Virus record (IMG/VR): IMGVR_UViG_3300010885_060749 | DNA length: 64,000 nt | DNA from: an uncultured virus (IMG/VR IMGVR_UViG_3300010885_060749) | Lineage: Duplodnaviria; Heunggongvirae; Uroviricota; Caudoviricetes | Reading direction: 5' to 3' (one strand) | Shown here: positions 38,731 to 48,395 of the stretch, in pieces | How the letters are laid out: each line of letters begins with the position of its first letter | Position numbering within the stretch: the stretch's first letter is position 1 | Translations under genes and position numbers: made by a program | Notes under the pieces: model-generated | Seen by the model: the letters and a program-made list of their open reading frames with translations, nothing else | Told to the model about the DNA's origin: nothing | Databases searched by the model: none

Positions 38731-39594
38731 TTACTCATTCTTCCATCGAACTTTTTCGATTTCTCTAACTTCGCACATGATGTCAGAGTAATGATAGAAA
38801 ATATCGTCAGCTACTTTCTTCGCGACAGGTTCAATCATAGAAAAGTTCTCATCAACTGCCCATTTCTTAAAGAACTGGTCACGATTGAGACCGTTGACAG
38901 TAACTTTCAGAGCGTTCTTGTTGTCAATTAGGTCTTCGTATCTAACTTTTGCTTGAAGAAGTCTAGAGTACCCAAATCTCACGCTAAGGATATGGGCAAG
39001 AGCAGCGCAAAGGAAAACAATATCTGCGCCCTTGTAATCATCATCAAAAAAATCTCGGATTGCCATCCACCATTTCTTAGTGCAGATGGGCAGCATTTCA
39101 TGATAATGATAAATGAGACGAGCTGGATCTCTCAAAATTGGCTTGTTTGCGCCGTTGAACGGGTCCCAAGCGGTCCTGAACTGTGATGTCAAAGCATTAA
39201 GATTTCTTCCGAGCGGGTTTGTGGTGTGCAACATGAAGATTGCATCGTCAAACGCATCTTTCTTTTTTAGAATTTCAGAGTCCCAATTTCTTGAAAGTCC
39301 CCAAAAATCGTCAGTGACCGCCCAGACAAAGTAGTAATCATTTGACTCGATGAAGTCAAAGAAAGCTCTCATCATGAACGGAGAGTTCGGTCCTGCGTGT
39401 GGTGGATTCACGCAGACCACGTTCGAATATCTTGAGACTACCGATGAATAGAGATCTATCTGATCATCATCAATTAAAGCGAAAATGTCAAAGTTGTTGA
39501 TAGAGCTGCAAGTCTCTATCAACATATCAACTGTTTTACCGAAAGATTCAGGGTTGCTCCTGGTCGGAATATAAACAGCTATATCCTTTGACAT
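38731..39594 (-). CDS. Putative GT-A fold glycosyltransferase
   Basis: VYIPTR..P; IDDD; VTDD...NWD; paralog of 45899..46633. Confidence 0.65.
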   Translation of the reverse strand: MSKDIAVYIPTRSNPESFGKTVDMLIETCSSINNFDIFALIDDDQIDLYSSVVSRYSNVVCVNPPHAGPNSPFMMRAFFDFIESNDYYFVWAVTDDFWGLSRNWDSEILKKKDAFDDAIFMLHTTNPLGRNLNALTSQFRTAWDPFNGANKPILRDPARLIYHYHEMLPICTKKWWMAIRDFFDDDYKGADIVFLCAALAHILSVRFGYSRLLQAKVRYEDLIDNKNALKVTVNGLNRDQFFKKWAVDENFSMIEPVAKKVADDIFYHYSDIMCEVREIEKVRWKNE

Positions 39595-39598
39595 AAAG

Positions 39599-40567
39599 TC
39601 ACTTTCTCATTGACTTGAAAGCGTCAACGCTGCTATTGGCAACATTCTGATTCTTGACGTACCATTCGACCGTTTCTTTAATTCCATCTTCGATTGAGAT
39701 CTTTGGAAAGAATCCAAGAGAATGAGCTCTAGTCATGTCAAAAACTCGACGAGCATCACCGGTCGGCTTTGTTGTGTCCCAAACAACTTCAACGCCAGCG
39801 ATATTAGCGACAGCATCAGCAACCTGCTTTATTGTCACTCCGTCGCCAGACCCAAGGTTGACAGGCTGAGTTATCTTATTCTCGACAACAAAAAGCATTC
39901 CCTCTGCAACGTCTCGAGCGTGAATGAAGTCTCTAACGGCCGAACCGTCTCCCCACACTTCCATCTTGTCACCCGAAAATGCCTTCCTGATCAGCGAAGG
40001 AACAACCATCGAGCTGTCAGGGTCAAAGTTGTCGTAAGGACCGTAGACGTTAGCAGGACGAACGATGCTGCACTTTCCTGCTCCGTACTGCTTCTCGTAA
40101 GCCTGACACTGAAGCTCTCCCATCCTCTTTGCCCAACCGCCGAACCAATCATTTCTAGACGGTTGAGTCTGCCAAACGTCGTCCTCACGAAGTACCTCTG
40201 CGGGCTGATACACGCCAACGGTGCTAGTGTACAGGTACCAGTCAACTCCTTCATTCATCGCAGCTTCAAGCATATTCGTGTTGAACTGCATCATAGGGCC
40301 CATGATATCAGCAGGTCTCTCTAAACAAACTTTTGGAGAGCACTTGATACCAACAAGATTGAAGACGTAGTTCATGCCCTTAACGATTTTCTTGCAATCA
40401 GAAAAATCTCGAAGATCCGCTCTAACAAACTCGATGTTGCTCATATCGACCGGGTCCTTGATATCAGCAACCCTTACTTTCGCACCACGCTTCTGAAGGA
40501 GTGAGACAAGCTCTCTCCCAATCATGCCGCTACCACCAGTCACCAGTACATTCTTGTTCTCAAACAT
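39599..40567 (-). CDS. NAD(P)-dependent epimerase/reductase (GDP-fucose synthase / GDP-mannose 3,5-epimerase-like)
   Basis: VTGGSGMIG; GWAKRMGE; RPANVYGPYDNFD; VWGDGSAVRDFIH. Confidence 0.88.
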   Translation of the reverse strand: MFENKNVLVTGGSGMIGRELVSLLQKRGAKVRVADIKDPVDMSNIEFVRADLRDFSDCKKIVKGMNYVFNLVGIKCSPKVCLERPADIMGPMMQFNTNMLEAAMNEGVDWYLYTSTVGVYQPAEVLREDDVWQTQPSRNDWFGGWAKRMGELQCQAYEKQYGAGKCSIVRPANVYGPYDNFDPDSSMVVPSLIRKAFSGDKMEVWGDGSAVRDFIHARDVAEGMLFVVENKITQPVNLGSGDGVTIKQVADAVANIAGVEVVWDTTKPTGDARRVFDMTRAHSLGFFPKISIEDGIKETVEWYVKNQNVANSSVDAFKSMRK

Positions 40568-41738
40568 TAGAGATCCTCTTGTTTAAAGCTTCACAAAGCG
40601 TCTTGACCCTGCTTGGGTTGACTTCACAGTGATTTCCGATGTATAAACCGAAATCATGGATGTGATCAACATTTTCCATGGGTCCTTCGATCCTATGAGA
40701 ATAATTCTCAAGATACGGTTGACGAGCTTGATTACCGCCGCCTGCCGTTCCTTTTCGATATTCTACTCCAAGAGACTCTAGAGTTCTGCAGATAGCGTGG
40801 AATTTTTCGCTGCTTTTTTCTCTAAGAATCAAAGGAAGAGAAAAATTGCTGCTGCCGGATCTATCAAAATCTGTGAAGAAATGATCCGAATCCAGATTGT
40901 CAAGCCAAGCATTTAAGTTCTCTGTCCTTGCTTGAATCGCATCATCCAGTCTCTCCAGCTGCTCGAGACCGATTACTGCATTGATCTCAGTTCCTCTCAT
41001 GTTGAATCCTGGAACTGCAAAGGTGAAGAGTGGATTTAAGCTGGGGTACTTCTGGGAAAAATGAGACTTTATCTCCTCACTAGAATCTCTTATCATCCCG
41101 TGGGATCGATAAAGCTTGGCCAGATGATAGAGCTCAGTGTTGTCCGTGCAAATCATTCCTCCCTCTATCGTAGTCATGTGATGACCAAAATAGAAAGAGA
41201 AGTTTGACATATCACCAATTGTTCCGACCTTTCTTTCATTAAAAGTCGCGCCGTGTGACTCACAGCAATCCTCGATAAGCATCAAGTTATGCTCTTTAGC
41301 AATTTCTACGATCTTTTCATTGATGCCGTTGAAACCAAGGGTGTGAACGAGAACAATCGCGCGTGTCTTGTCAGTTATTGCAGCTCTTATTCCATCCTCA
41401 GTAATTGCCATATTCTCCATAGAGACATCGACAAAAACAGGAGTCATTCCGAAATTAACAACCGGCGCAATGTCAGAGACCCATCCAAGAGGCGGAACGA
41501 TAATTTCTCCGTTACCGCACTTATCTCGAATGATGGCAGTCATGATGTAGTTGGCAGAAGCTCCTGAGTTAACAAAAACGCTATGCTTCACGCCGAGCCA
41601 CTTCGACCACTTGATCTCGAACTCTTCTACTTTTGCTCCCTGGGTAAGGCGAACATTTGGCTCTGAAAGAAACTTGATCAATGCGAGCTTGTCAGCTTCA
41701 GTCACGTTATCGTTGATCAACGGCCAAGAGTAATTCAT
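40560..41738 (-). CDS. PLP-dependent 4-keto-6-deoxy-sugar 3-dehydratase, ColD type (DegT/DnrJ fold)
   Basis: FVNSGASAN; IEDCCESHGA; SFYFGHHMTTIEGG has His at the usual Schiff-base Lys position; no DdhC-type Fe-S Cys motif. Confidence 0.85.
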   Translation of the reverse strand: MNYSWPLINDNVTEADKLALIKFLSEPNVRLTQGAKVEEFEIKWSKWLGVKHSVFVNSGASANYIMTAIIRDKCGNGEIIVPPLGWVSDIAPVVNFGMTPVFVDVSMENMAITEDGIRAAITDKTRAIVLVHTLGFNGINEKIVEIAKEHNLMLIEDCCESHGATFNERKVGTIGDMSNFSFYFGHHMTTIEGGMICTDNTELYHLAKLYRSHGMIRDSSEEIKSHFSQKYPSLNPLFTFAVPGFNMRGTEINAVIGLEQLERLDDAIQARTENLNAWLDNLDSDHFFTDFDRSGSSNFSLPLILREKSSEKFHAICRTLESLGVEYRKGTAGGGNQARQPYLENYSHRIEGPMENVDHIHDFGLYIGNHCEVNPSRVKTLCEALNKRISNV

Positions 41739-42220
41739 TATTTGTCCCTCAACTGTAGTATTGGATTTTCGCTAGGCCAATCTATCGCTATTCTACTGTC
41801 GTTCCATCTTAAAGTGAATTGATCTGCAACGTCAGGGTACTTTCCTTCATATGACCACTTGTAATAGAAAACAGATTGCTCGCTTAGAGTGTAGAAGCCG
41901 TTTCCGAATCTGGGAGGAACGAGAACCATTCTCTTGTTGTGCTCAGAAAGTATTGTCCAATCCCATTGCAAATATGTTTCTGATTCGGGTCGATTGTCAA
42001 CAACCACAAAATAGACTTCTCCGTGAAGACAAGTTATCAGCTTCGTTGATTTATTGTCTCCATGAATTCCACGAAGAACATTCTTTCTAGAAGAAGAGAC
42101 TTTGTCATGATTGAAGTTAACCCCAGGACAAGTCTCTCCTTGCTTCCACAGTGTCCACAAATCGCCTCTGTAATCAGAATGAAAATCAGGATTTATTACC
42201 TTGACTTCTTTGAACTTCAT
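41738..42220 (-). CDS. RmlC-like NDP-4-keto-sugar 3,5-epimerase
   Basis: D.RG; S.KNVLRGIHG; KLITC..GEV..VVVD.R. Confidence 0.88.
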   Translation of the reverse strand: MKFKEVKVINPDFHSDYRGDLWTLWKQGETCPGVNFNHDKVSSSRKNVLRGIHGDNKSTKLITCLHGEVYFVVVDNRPESETYLQWDWTILSEHNKRMVLVPPRFGNGFYTLSEQSVFYYKWSYEGKYPDVADQFTLRWNDSRIAIDWPSENPILQLRDK

Positions 42221-43122
42221 GATCTCAGAACCGAAAGAGACTTCTCAACAATTCTTTCACAATTCGGAGGAAATACGTCAACGTCCGGGTGGAAACCTGC
42301 TGTTCTGTTCTCAATGCAAAGAGTGTGAACATCTTTCTTTGAGCTTAACATTAGCTGATGCGCGAGGCTTGAAGCCACCCCCTGCTCATAGTCATCATCA
42401 AGAACTATCCCACCATACTTTGATCGTAGCAAAGCTTCAATTGACTTTTCCTTTGAGGAAAAGGGCTTAATCCACATCTGGTGGACAATATTCACTTTGT
42501 AGCCCAATTTCTCAAGAGCAGCTCTAGCTTCTTCAGCTGCGAATCGAGTGACTGAAATTGGGAGAAGCGTAATGTCTGCATCCTCATGAATGAAATCTTC
42601 CAGCTCTCGAGTGTTGTCATAACTCTTTCTATGCTCGGAAACGTAATAAGGAACATCATCATTCATGAAGCTCTCATACACGCTCTCGTACTCATTCGGA
42701 GTCATAGGAGCAGCGATCTTAAGACCAGGCATCCTATCATACAGAGAATGATGGGAAGAACCAGCTACGGGTCCGACTCCACCTTCCATGGCGATGCTTC
42801 TTACGAAGATTGGGCAAGGAATTCCCCAAATATCGTTTGACTTTGCAGCGTAGTTGATAATAGACGGAGCGTTGTACCACTGAAAGCCTTGATATCGAAC
42901 AACGTAGATCGGTCTTTCTCCAGCTAATGCGATTCCTGTGGCTATCGCTCCGCCAGCAACATCGGCCATAGAAAACTCGACCATTCCGTCTTCTTCATAA
43001 AGCTCAGGCAAAGTTCCACCCACCCAACCAACTGCAGTGAGGCACTGCCCGAAGCATCTACCACCCTTCTCAAGGTGTGAACGAGTCAAGCTCTTTATCG
43101 TCTCTCTAACCGTTCTTGCCAT
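42217..43122 (-). CDS. ThDP-dependent enzyme, E1-beta/transketolase C-terminal-like subunit
   Basis: G.ATGIALAG.RPI; I.NYAAK; PIFVR; MPGLKIAAP.TP; SEHR. Confidence 0.8.
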   Translation of the reverse strand: MARTVRETIKSLTRSHLEKGGRCFGQCLTAVGWVGGTLPELYEEDGMVEFSMADVAGGAIATGIALAGERPIYVVRYQGFQWYNAPSIINYAAKSNDIWGIPCPIFVRSIAMEGGVGPVAGSSHHSLYDRMPGLKIAAPMTPNEYESVYESFMNDDVPYYVSEHRKSYDNTRELEDFIHEDADITLLPISVTRFAAEEARAALEKLGYKVNIVHQMWIKPFSSKEKSIEALLRSKYGGIVLDDDYEQGVASSLAHQLMLSSKKDVHTLCIENRTAGFHPDVDVFPPNCERIVEKSLSVLRS

Positions 43123-43928
43123 ATTTTTTCAACCCTTTGCTTGGTCTGTTGATCAATCTCTCTTGCAGAGTCACCGATAATTGACATTTCATTTTCGTAT
43201 CTATCGAAAATGCTATCATCGTCAATTCCAGCGCCAGCATGCCAGAACTTTCTGTGAGTATTCACGTTTAAAAGCATTGGACCATCAAACGCTCCTTCCA
43301 ATGCATCTTTAATTGTCATCGGATCATCGTCAATGTTCATGCCTTTCATGCCAAAAGACATGGCAACATCGTGCATTTCCCATGACCTTCTAATCTTTTT
43401 CTCAGTGAGAATTGAGAGATTGTTGTCTTCAACGATGAAAAGAATTGGAAGCTTCTTAGTTGCAGCCCAGCCAAGAGCTCCAAGAGCGTAGTCTTCCTCG
43501 GCAGATGCATCTCCCATGAAAACAACGGTGGGGTTCTTCGTTGAATAGCAGTGACCCACCGCTATTGGAACCTGGCTTCCCATCAGACCGTCATGTCCGA
43601 ATATCTTCTTTTCTCTGGATTGTATGGAGGCTGAGCCTCCCATCCCATTAGAACAACCAGTCTTAAGACCCAAGAGCTCATCCGCCAGTTGCTCAATTGG
43701 AGCGTCAAAAGACAGATACGTTGAATGACCACGGTGCTGTATGAATATGTTGGGTTCGATTCTCTTTTGAGAGAGAACCTCGGACAATGTTGAAGCAGTG
43801 TATTCCTGCCCAGCTGACAGATAAATTGGAAATTTGAAAGTCCCTGCTCGGATTAAGTCAAAAACTTTCTTCTCAAAATTTCTGCAGAGAGAAGCTCTTC
43901 TAAATACGTTCAGTCTAAAATCACTCAT
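43095..43928 (-). CDS. ThDP-dependent enzyme, E1-alpha-like subunit
   Basis: R.FE; YLSAGQE; HRGH; G.GGS; GDA...LPILFIVEDNN ThDP-binding motif. Confidence 0.88.
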   Translation of the reverse strand: MSDFRLNVFRRASLCRNFEKKVFDLIRAGTFKFPIYLSAGQEYTASTLSEVLSQKRIEPNIFIQHRGHSTYLSFDAPIEQLADELLGLKTGCSNGMGGSASIQSREKKIFGHDGLMGSQVPIAVGHCYSTKNPTVVFMGDASAEEDYALGALGWAATKKLPILFIVEDNNLSILTEKKIRRSWEMHDVAMSFGMKGMNIDDDPMTIKDALEGAFDGPMLLNVNTHRKFWHAGAGIDDDSIFDRYENEMSIIGDSAREIDQQTKQRVEKIWQERLERR

Positions 43929-44313
43929 GATTTTCCTCGATGTATCTCATTGTGCTCTCCCAGCTTTCAAATCTATAACCTTTATCGTCAATGTACAGCT
44001 GGGCACGTGGCTTCTCGCTCGTTATCTCACGAATGCAAGACAGGACACCATGCTTGTCAAGCCACTCTGAAACAAGCTGATGTCCTGTCTTTCCGTCGAC
44101 AAGCGGTCTATTCGGCTTCGCTTTTGCGGTGAAGATTACGATATTGAATCTCTTTGAGAGACTTCTCAAAGCGTCAAGAGAACCTGGTAAAGGATCTCCG
44201 TAGCATGTTCCATCATGCCACCCTTTACTAAAATCGTGAATCACACCATCAAAATCAATAGCGATGTTATCTACTTCACTCTCAAACCCAGGAGGAACTT
44301 CCTTCTCTTTCAT
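43921..44313 (-). CDS. Small HAD-superfamily hydrolase
   Basis: IDFDGVIH; IFTA; EKP.A.LYIDDK. Confidence 0.82.
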   Translation of the reverse strand: MKEKEVPPGFESEVDNIAIDFDGVIHDFSKGWHDGTCYGDPLPGSLDALRSLSKRFNIVIFTAKAKPNRPLVDGKTGHQLVSEWLDKHGVLSCIREITSEKPRAQLYIDDKGYRFESWESTMRYIEENHE

Positions 44314-44978
44314 TACTCACCTTCGTGAGTCAATACTATTGTTCCTTCTTCGATTTTATCAAACACTTCAAGCAAACGATGAAGCACATTGCTCGAGACA
44401 ATGTCACCAGGACTGGCCACTGCGACTCCGTACTCGGTCAAAAGACCACCCTTCAAGAACATTACATTTGACGAACTTGAGGCTTCTTTAAGATCATCAA
44501 TTGTTTTTATTCCAAGAACTTTGATCACTTGCCCATCAAAGTTATAGATTTCGCTTTTTCCTGGTTCTGGCTCTTTTATCCAAAGACACTCTGACTCTTT
44601 GGGGTACTCGTATGACTCGTCCTCGTAAGGCTGGCCGGTTCTGCCGTAACTGTCACGGAGCCTTACGAGATCATGCTTGTCAACAGGTGTCTCAATCTCA
44701 AAGAGAGATAGATGTCCATGATGAGCTCTTGTCGAGTGGAAAAGACCCTTGCGAATCATGATCTTTTCAGAATTTGAGAGTTTAACGGAGTCAGCTAAAA
44801 ATGATACTTCGGCTTGACCAGCGACGACCATCAGCCCCGTCGTCTTGTTCGGATGACAGTGCATGGAAGTTTGCTGGTCACGAAGAATCTTTAAAAACCA
44901 TAGAGCTACTTTATCGTTCTCATATGCGAGATACTCGTAGCCCCATGGCTTCTTAACTACGTTACTCTTGTAATTCAT
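44313..44978 (-). CDS. Cupin, sugar-phosphate isomerase-like, with C-terminal extension
   Basis: KKPWGYEY; TSMHCHP.K; FHST; EIETP...DLVRL.D.YGR. Confidence 0.78.
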   Translation of the reverse strand: MNYKSNVVKKPWGYEYLAYENDKVALWFLKILRDQQTSMHCHPNKTTGLMVVAGQAEVSFLADSVKLSNSEKIMIRKGLFHSTRAHHGHLSLFEIETPVDKHDLVRLRDSYGRTGQPYEDESYEYPKESECLWIKEPEPGKSEIYNFDGQVIKVLGIKTIDDLKEASSSSNVMFLKGGLLTEYGVAVASPGDIVSSNVLHRLLEVFDKIEEGTIVLTHEGE

Positions 44979-45505
44979 TTGACTAGATCAATCGCTCGCT
45001 TCATCCAAGGTCCCATGTGCTTGTAATGAGGCGAAGTTACGATGTTATCGGAAACTACGGCTGCAGCATCGACATAACGAGCGCCAGCATTCTCAATATC
45101 ATCCTTGATGCTGTAGTAACCAGAGATGTCGCGGCCCTTAACGATCTTTGCAGAAATCAACAGCTGAGCACCGTGACAAATGCAGGCAATGACCTTGCCA
45201 CGACGATTCCACTCAGCAATGAAATCGAGGACATTCTTCTCCTGACGAAGATACTCAAGTGCCTTGACACCGCCTGGAATAACGAGCATATCGTACTCGA
45301 GCAACCGATCATGGATCTCTGGATTATCGAGATCCGTCGTTAGATGAGTTCCGTTCATGTAGGTCCCGAGGATTCCGTAGAAACGACCCCTCTTGTTTGA
45401 CATAATCTCAACCTCATAATCGTCCTCAGTCAAACGATAATAAGGGTAGATGACCTCATGGTCCTGATAACCTTCGTGAGTTAGAAGAATAGCTTTCTTT
45501 GACAT
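44975..45505 (-). CDS. DJ-1/PfpI family protein
   Basis: D.EV.YPYYRL; IPGG; ACICHG.Q.LISA; start at 45505 coupled via TAATG. Confidence 0.88.
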   Translation of the reverse strand: MSKKAILLTHEGYQDHEVIYPYYRLTEDDYEVEIMSNKRGRFYGILGTYMNGTHLTTDLDNPEIHDRLLEYDMLVIPGGVKALEYLRQEKNVLDFIAEWNRRGKVIACICHGAQLLISAKIVKGRDISGYYSIKDDIENAGARYVDAAAVVSDNIVTSPHYKHMGPWMKRAIDLVK

Positions 45506-45906
45506 TACCAACTTACCTCCCAATCTTTGAAATCTGCAGCAAGACAATCAATCTTGTAATCCTTTCGACCACCCACAGCTTCCTGTATCTTGTTCTTCGC
45601 TGTGTTTCTGATCCCATTCAGTCCATGGGTCAGCTCAAGGTTATTGCCATCCTTGATGCCCTTTCGATAGTTAGACTCGTTATGCCAGATGTGAAGATTC
45701 ATCTGAGAAAGAACCACAATGGCTCTTACCGTGTCGGCGGTGATCTTACCATCGTTGCTGTCAAGGCACTCTTGGATATCATGACAGATGTCTCTGATCT
45801 CCTGAGAGTATTCGTCCTTATGATCCGTGATGAAAACCTCTTTCAGCTGTGTGATAGAAAGACGATCTATCAGCTCAGCGAAAGTTGGCAAATACTTTCT
45901 ACTCAT
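45505..45906 (-). CDS. Helical protein, DUF4254/DUF6165-like
   Basis: AELIDRLSI..LK; N..IWH.E...R; N..R...K..I. Confidence 0.6.
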   Translation of the reverse strand: MSRKYLPTFAELIDRLSITQLKEVFITDHKDEYSQEIRDICHDIQECLDSNDGKITADTVRAIVVLSQMNLHIWHNESNYRKGIKDGNNLELTHGLNGIRNTAKNKIQEAVGGRKDYKIDCLAADFKDWEVSW

Positions 45907-46633
45907 TGTTTTCCTCTATGAATTTGATCAATTTTAGACGATCTTCATTGCGTTTTGCAACAAGCTCAGGAGTATTGTAAAGAAAGTGCCCATTTTGTTT
46001 ATCAGCCAAAGCTCTAGTCTTCAAATGAGTCTCATCCTTCTCCATTTTACCAGCTTCAACGTGCATGTGCTCTAGGAAAAGATGCTCTCTATTAGGTACG
46101 AAAATTCCTCGTCCTATCGAAACAGCGATTTCCTGATTCCACTTGTCGGTCCAGTCGGCAACAAAGTAGGGAGGATTAACGTACCCAAGAGCTTTGACCC
46201 AGTTTCTGTGGACAAAAGTGTGAGAAGCAAGCTCTCCGTTCCACAGACCATCATCTGACCAAAGAAGAATTATCTTATCTTTGAAAAGACCAAAAGCTTC
46301 ACGAGCGACAACATCCCAGTTCTGGGATCTGAAAACAACGTCATCGGCAACGTTCGCAACGATATCACCCTTTGCGATGGAGAAGCAAAGATTTGCAAAA
46401 TTGCTCATCTTCTCGCCGGGCTCAAATAGCTTCACTGCTATTCTTTCGTCTCCAAATCGAAGCTTGAGTTCGTCAGCAACTTCAAGCGCAGCTGTGTCGT
46501 TGTTGTCGATTCCAAAAACAATTTCCATCATTGACGGATCAGAGCAATTCTTGAAAACAAACTCTGCAAAACGTCTCTGCAGCTCTGGTCTCTTGTGGGT
46601 CGGACAAAGAACACTAATAAACTCTTTACTCAT
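45899..46633 (-). CDS. GT-A fold (GT2-like) glycosyltransferase
   Basis: ISVLCPT..RP; IDNND; AKGDIV..VADD..F...NWD; LEHMH. Confidence 0.78.
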   Translation of the reverse strand: MSKEFISVLCPTHKRPELQRRFAEFVFKNCSDPSMMEIVFGIDNNDTAALEVADELKLRFGDERIAVKLFEPGEKMSNFANLCFSIAKGDIVANVADDVVFRSQNWDVVAREAFGLFKDKIILLWSDDGLWNGELASHTFVHRNWVKALGYVNPPYFVADWTDKWNQEIAVSIGRGIFVPNREHLFLEHMHVEAGKMEKDETHLKTRALADKQNGHFLYNTPELVAKRNEDRLKLIKFIEENNE

Positions 46634-48395
46634 TCATCACGCTCTTGATTGTGTTATAGATCTGTTCGTCAGTGTTCCAGAAGCTCTTCTTGACAATCTC
46701 AAAATTTTCTTTGATGTAATCCATACGAGAATAGTAATCATCTTCCGTCAGATTTTCGAGGATACTGTCAAGTTCTTCTAAAGAATTAAAGTGAATGATT
46801 CCTCTTTCATTGAAATGTTCATTCACTTTCTGGCTGCCCCAGAAAATTGGAACTGTCCCAGTTATCATAGAATCCGCTATTTTTGCGAACCAAGTATCCA
46901 TCTTTACGTTCTCAATCACAATGGAGAACATGTAATCTTTTAGAGCATTAACAGCACCATGAACTGGGAATGGGTTATAACCGCTTCCCCAAAGATCTAT
47001 CCCGTGCTTTTCAGATAGCTTTTTTGCGATCTCATGACGAAGAGCGTGACCCTCCGTTATGATCTTGTTGCTTGCTATCATAGAAACTCTCTTGCTCTTA
47101 TTATGAATTTTCCACTCTTCTTCTTTAATTCTAACGTGAGAGAGGGGCATGAGACGGCAATTTTTGTACTTGTCGATCAACCTCTGATCGAACGTGAAGA
47201 CATAATCAAAGTCTTCAATCATTCCGATCAGATTCTGGTAAGCGAAACCATGAATTTCAGGAGGCTCCATGATCCAGGCTATCTTGGTCTTACAATCGAT
47301 AGAATTTACAAATTCTTTGTTAATGAAGTGATCTGTGAAAATTGTAATTCCAGAATAGTCTCTAAAGCTTTGATGATACGGTTGATATATGATCTTCTTT
47401 GTACGAGGGATAGGTTCTCCATTCGCAGAGACAAACCCGTAGTCCGGCAAGTTTACCGTATGGATAAAATGCTTGTCAAAAAGATTGACAATCATCGGTT
47501 GCTCTACCCCCGCGTAAGCAGGATCAGGCTTCTCGTACATCCTATAAAACTCTCGCCAGTTTGAGGGAGAAGCCTCATGCGGCGGCATGTATTTCGGATG
47601 AAAGCTGAATCCACCTAAATCATAGAAATGAGGAACAGGTTGAGGCCCTCCCCACATTCCCCACTGAAGCTGACTTTCTGTGTAAAATCCCTTCATTAGC
47701 AGGTCAATTATTGCCTCAAATGACAGTCCAAGAACGTTCACTCTGCCTGGGCACTGCCTCGAGACCGAACCCTTATTGACCCATCTCGAGGGAACTTTTT
47801 CGAAAGTCGGGTCAGCGGTTCCATAAACTTCTTCTTTGAAAGTTGACGAAAGGTAGCTGCCGTCAATCTCAAAGTTCCATGGAGACCAATCATGCTCAAG
47901 GAACTTGAGCAGGTAATCTTTTCTCCACAGAGCTGGTTGAGTGCTGATTCTGTAGAGAGCTCCCTTGTCTATTGAGATTATACCGTATCCGTCCCTCATC
48001 TCAACGAGCTTATGGGAGCAGTAATTAAATGCATCGTAGCTAAGGCAAAATCTTCCGATGTTACTGTTATCTTTCATCTTTTCTACGATAACAGAGAACA
48101 TCTGCTCATCAAGCGAGCAGCATGGGAAAAAATCATCCAGCGAGAAGATCAAAAATTCGTCAGTCACACTATTGACGTACTCAGCGATATATCTCGTCCA
48201 CTTCTTAGATCCTCCCTCTTGCTTCGGAGCAATCGAGATGAACCTGTGATTTTCTGGAAGAGTGTAGCTTGGATGAGAGAACCCGATAAAATCGATCTCA
48301 TGACCAGGCCAGTACTTCTCGAACAGATAAGAGGTGACCCTTACGGCGTCTAGAGTTTCATCGCATAGCGGTATAATGTGCCTGATTTTTGTCAT
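46626..48395 (-). CDS. Two-domain glycosyltransferase: GT-A-like N-terminus plus GT10-like C-terminus
   Basis: N-terminal LDDFF...STQPALWRK..L...SPWNFE; C-terminal SMIASNK...GH.LR; LKDYMFSIVIEN...KI.D...TGTVPIFWG. Confidence 0.78.
   Translation of the reverse strand: MTKIRHIIPLCDETLDAVRVTSYLFEKYWPGHEIDFIGFSHPSYTLPENHRFISIAPKQEGGSKKWTRYIAEYVNSVTDEFLIFSLDDFFPCCSLDEQMFSVIVEKMKDNSNIGRFCLSYDAFNYCSHKLVEMRDGYGIISIDKGALYRISTQPALWRKDYLLKFLEHDWSPWNFEIDGSYLSSTFKEEVYGTADPTFEKVPSRWVNKGSVSRQCPGRVNVLGLSFEAIIDLLMKGFYTESQLQWGMWGGPQPVPHFYDLGGFSFHPKYMPPHEASPSNWREFYRMYEKPDPAYAGVEQPMIVNLFDKHFIHTVNLPDYGFVSANGEPIPRTKKIIYQPYHQSFRDYSGITIFTDHFINKEFVNSIDCKTKIAWIMEPPEIHGFAYQNLIGMIEDFDYVFTFDQRLIDKYKNCRLMPLSHVRIKEEEWKIHNKSKRVSMIASNKIITEGHALRHEIAKKLSEKHGIDLWGSGYNPFPVHGAVNALKDYMFSIVIENVKMDTWFAKIADSMITGTVPIFWGSQKVNEHFNERGIIHFNSLEELDSILENLTEDDYYSRMDYIKENFEIVKKSFWNTDEQIYNTIKSVMNE

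Noticed and set aside
40560..41738. Sugar aminotransferase
   Set aside because: The catalytic Lys position holds His, which indicates a 3-dehydratase
42217..43928. Pyruvate dehydrogenase as a central-metabolism auxiliary gene
   Set aside because: No E2/E3, divergent motifs, and direct coupling to keto-sugar enzymes favour a sugar-branching role
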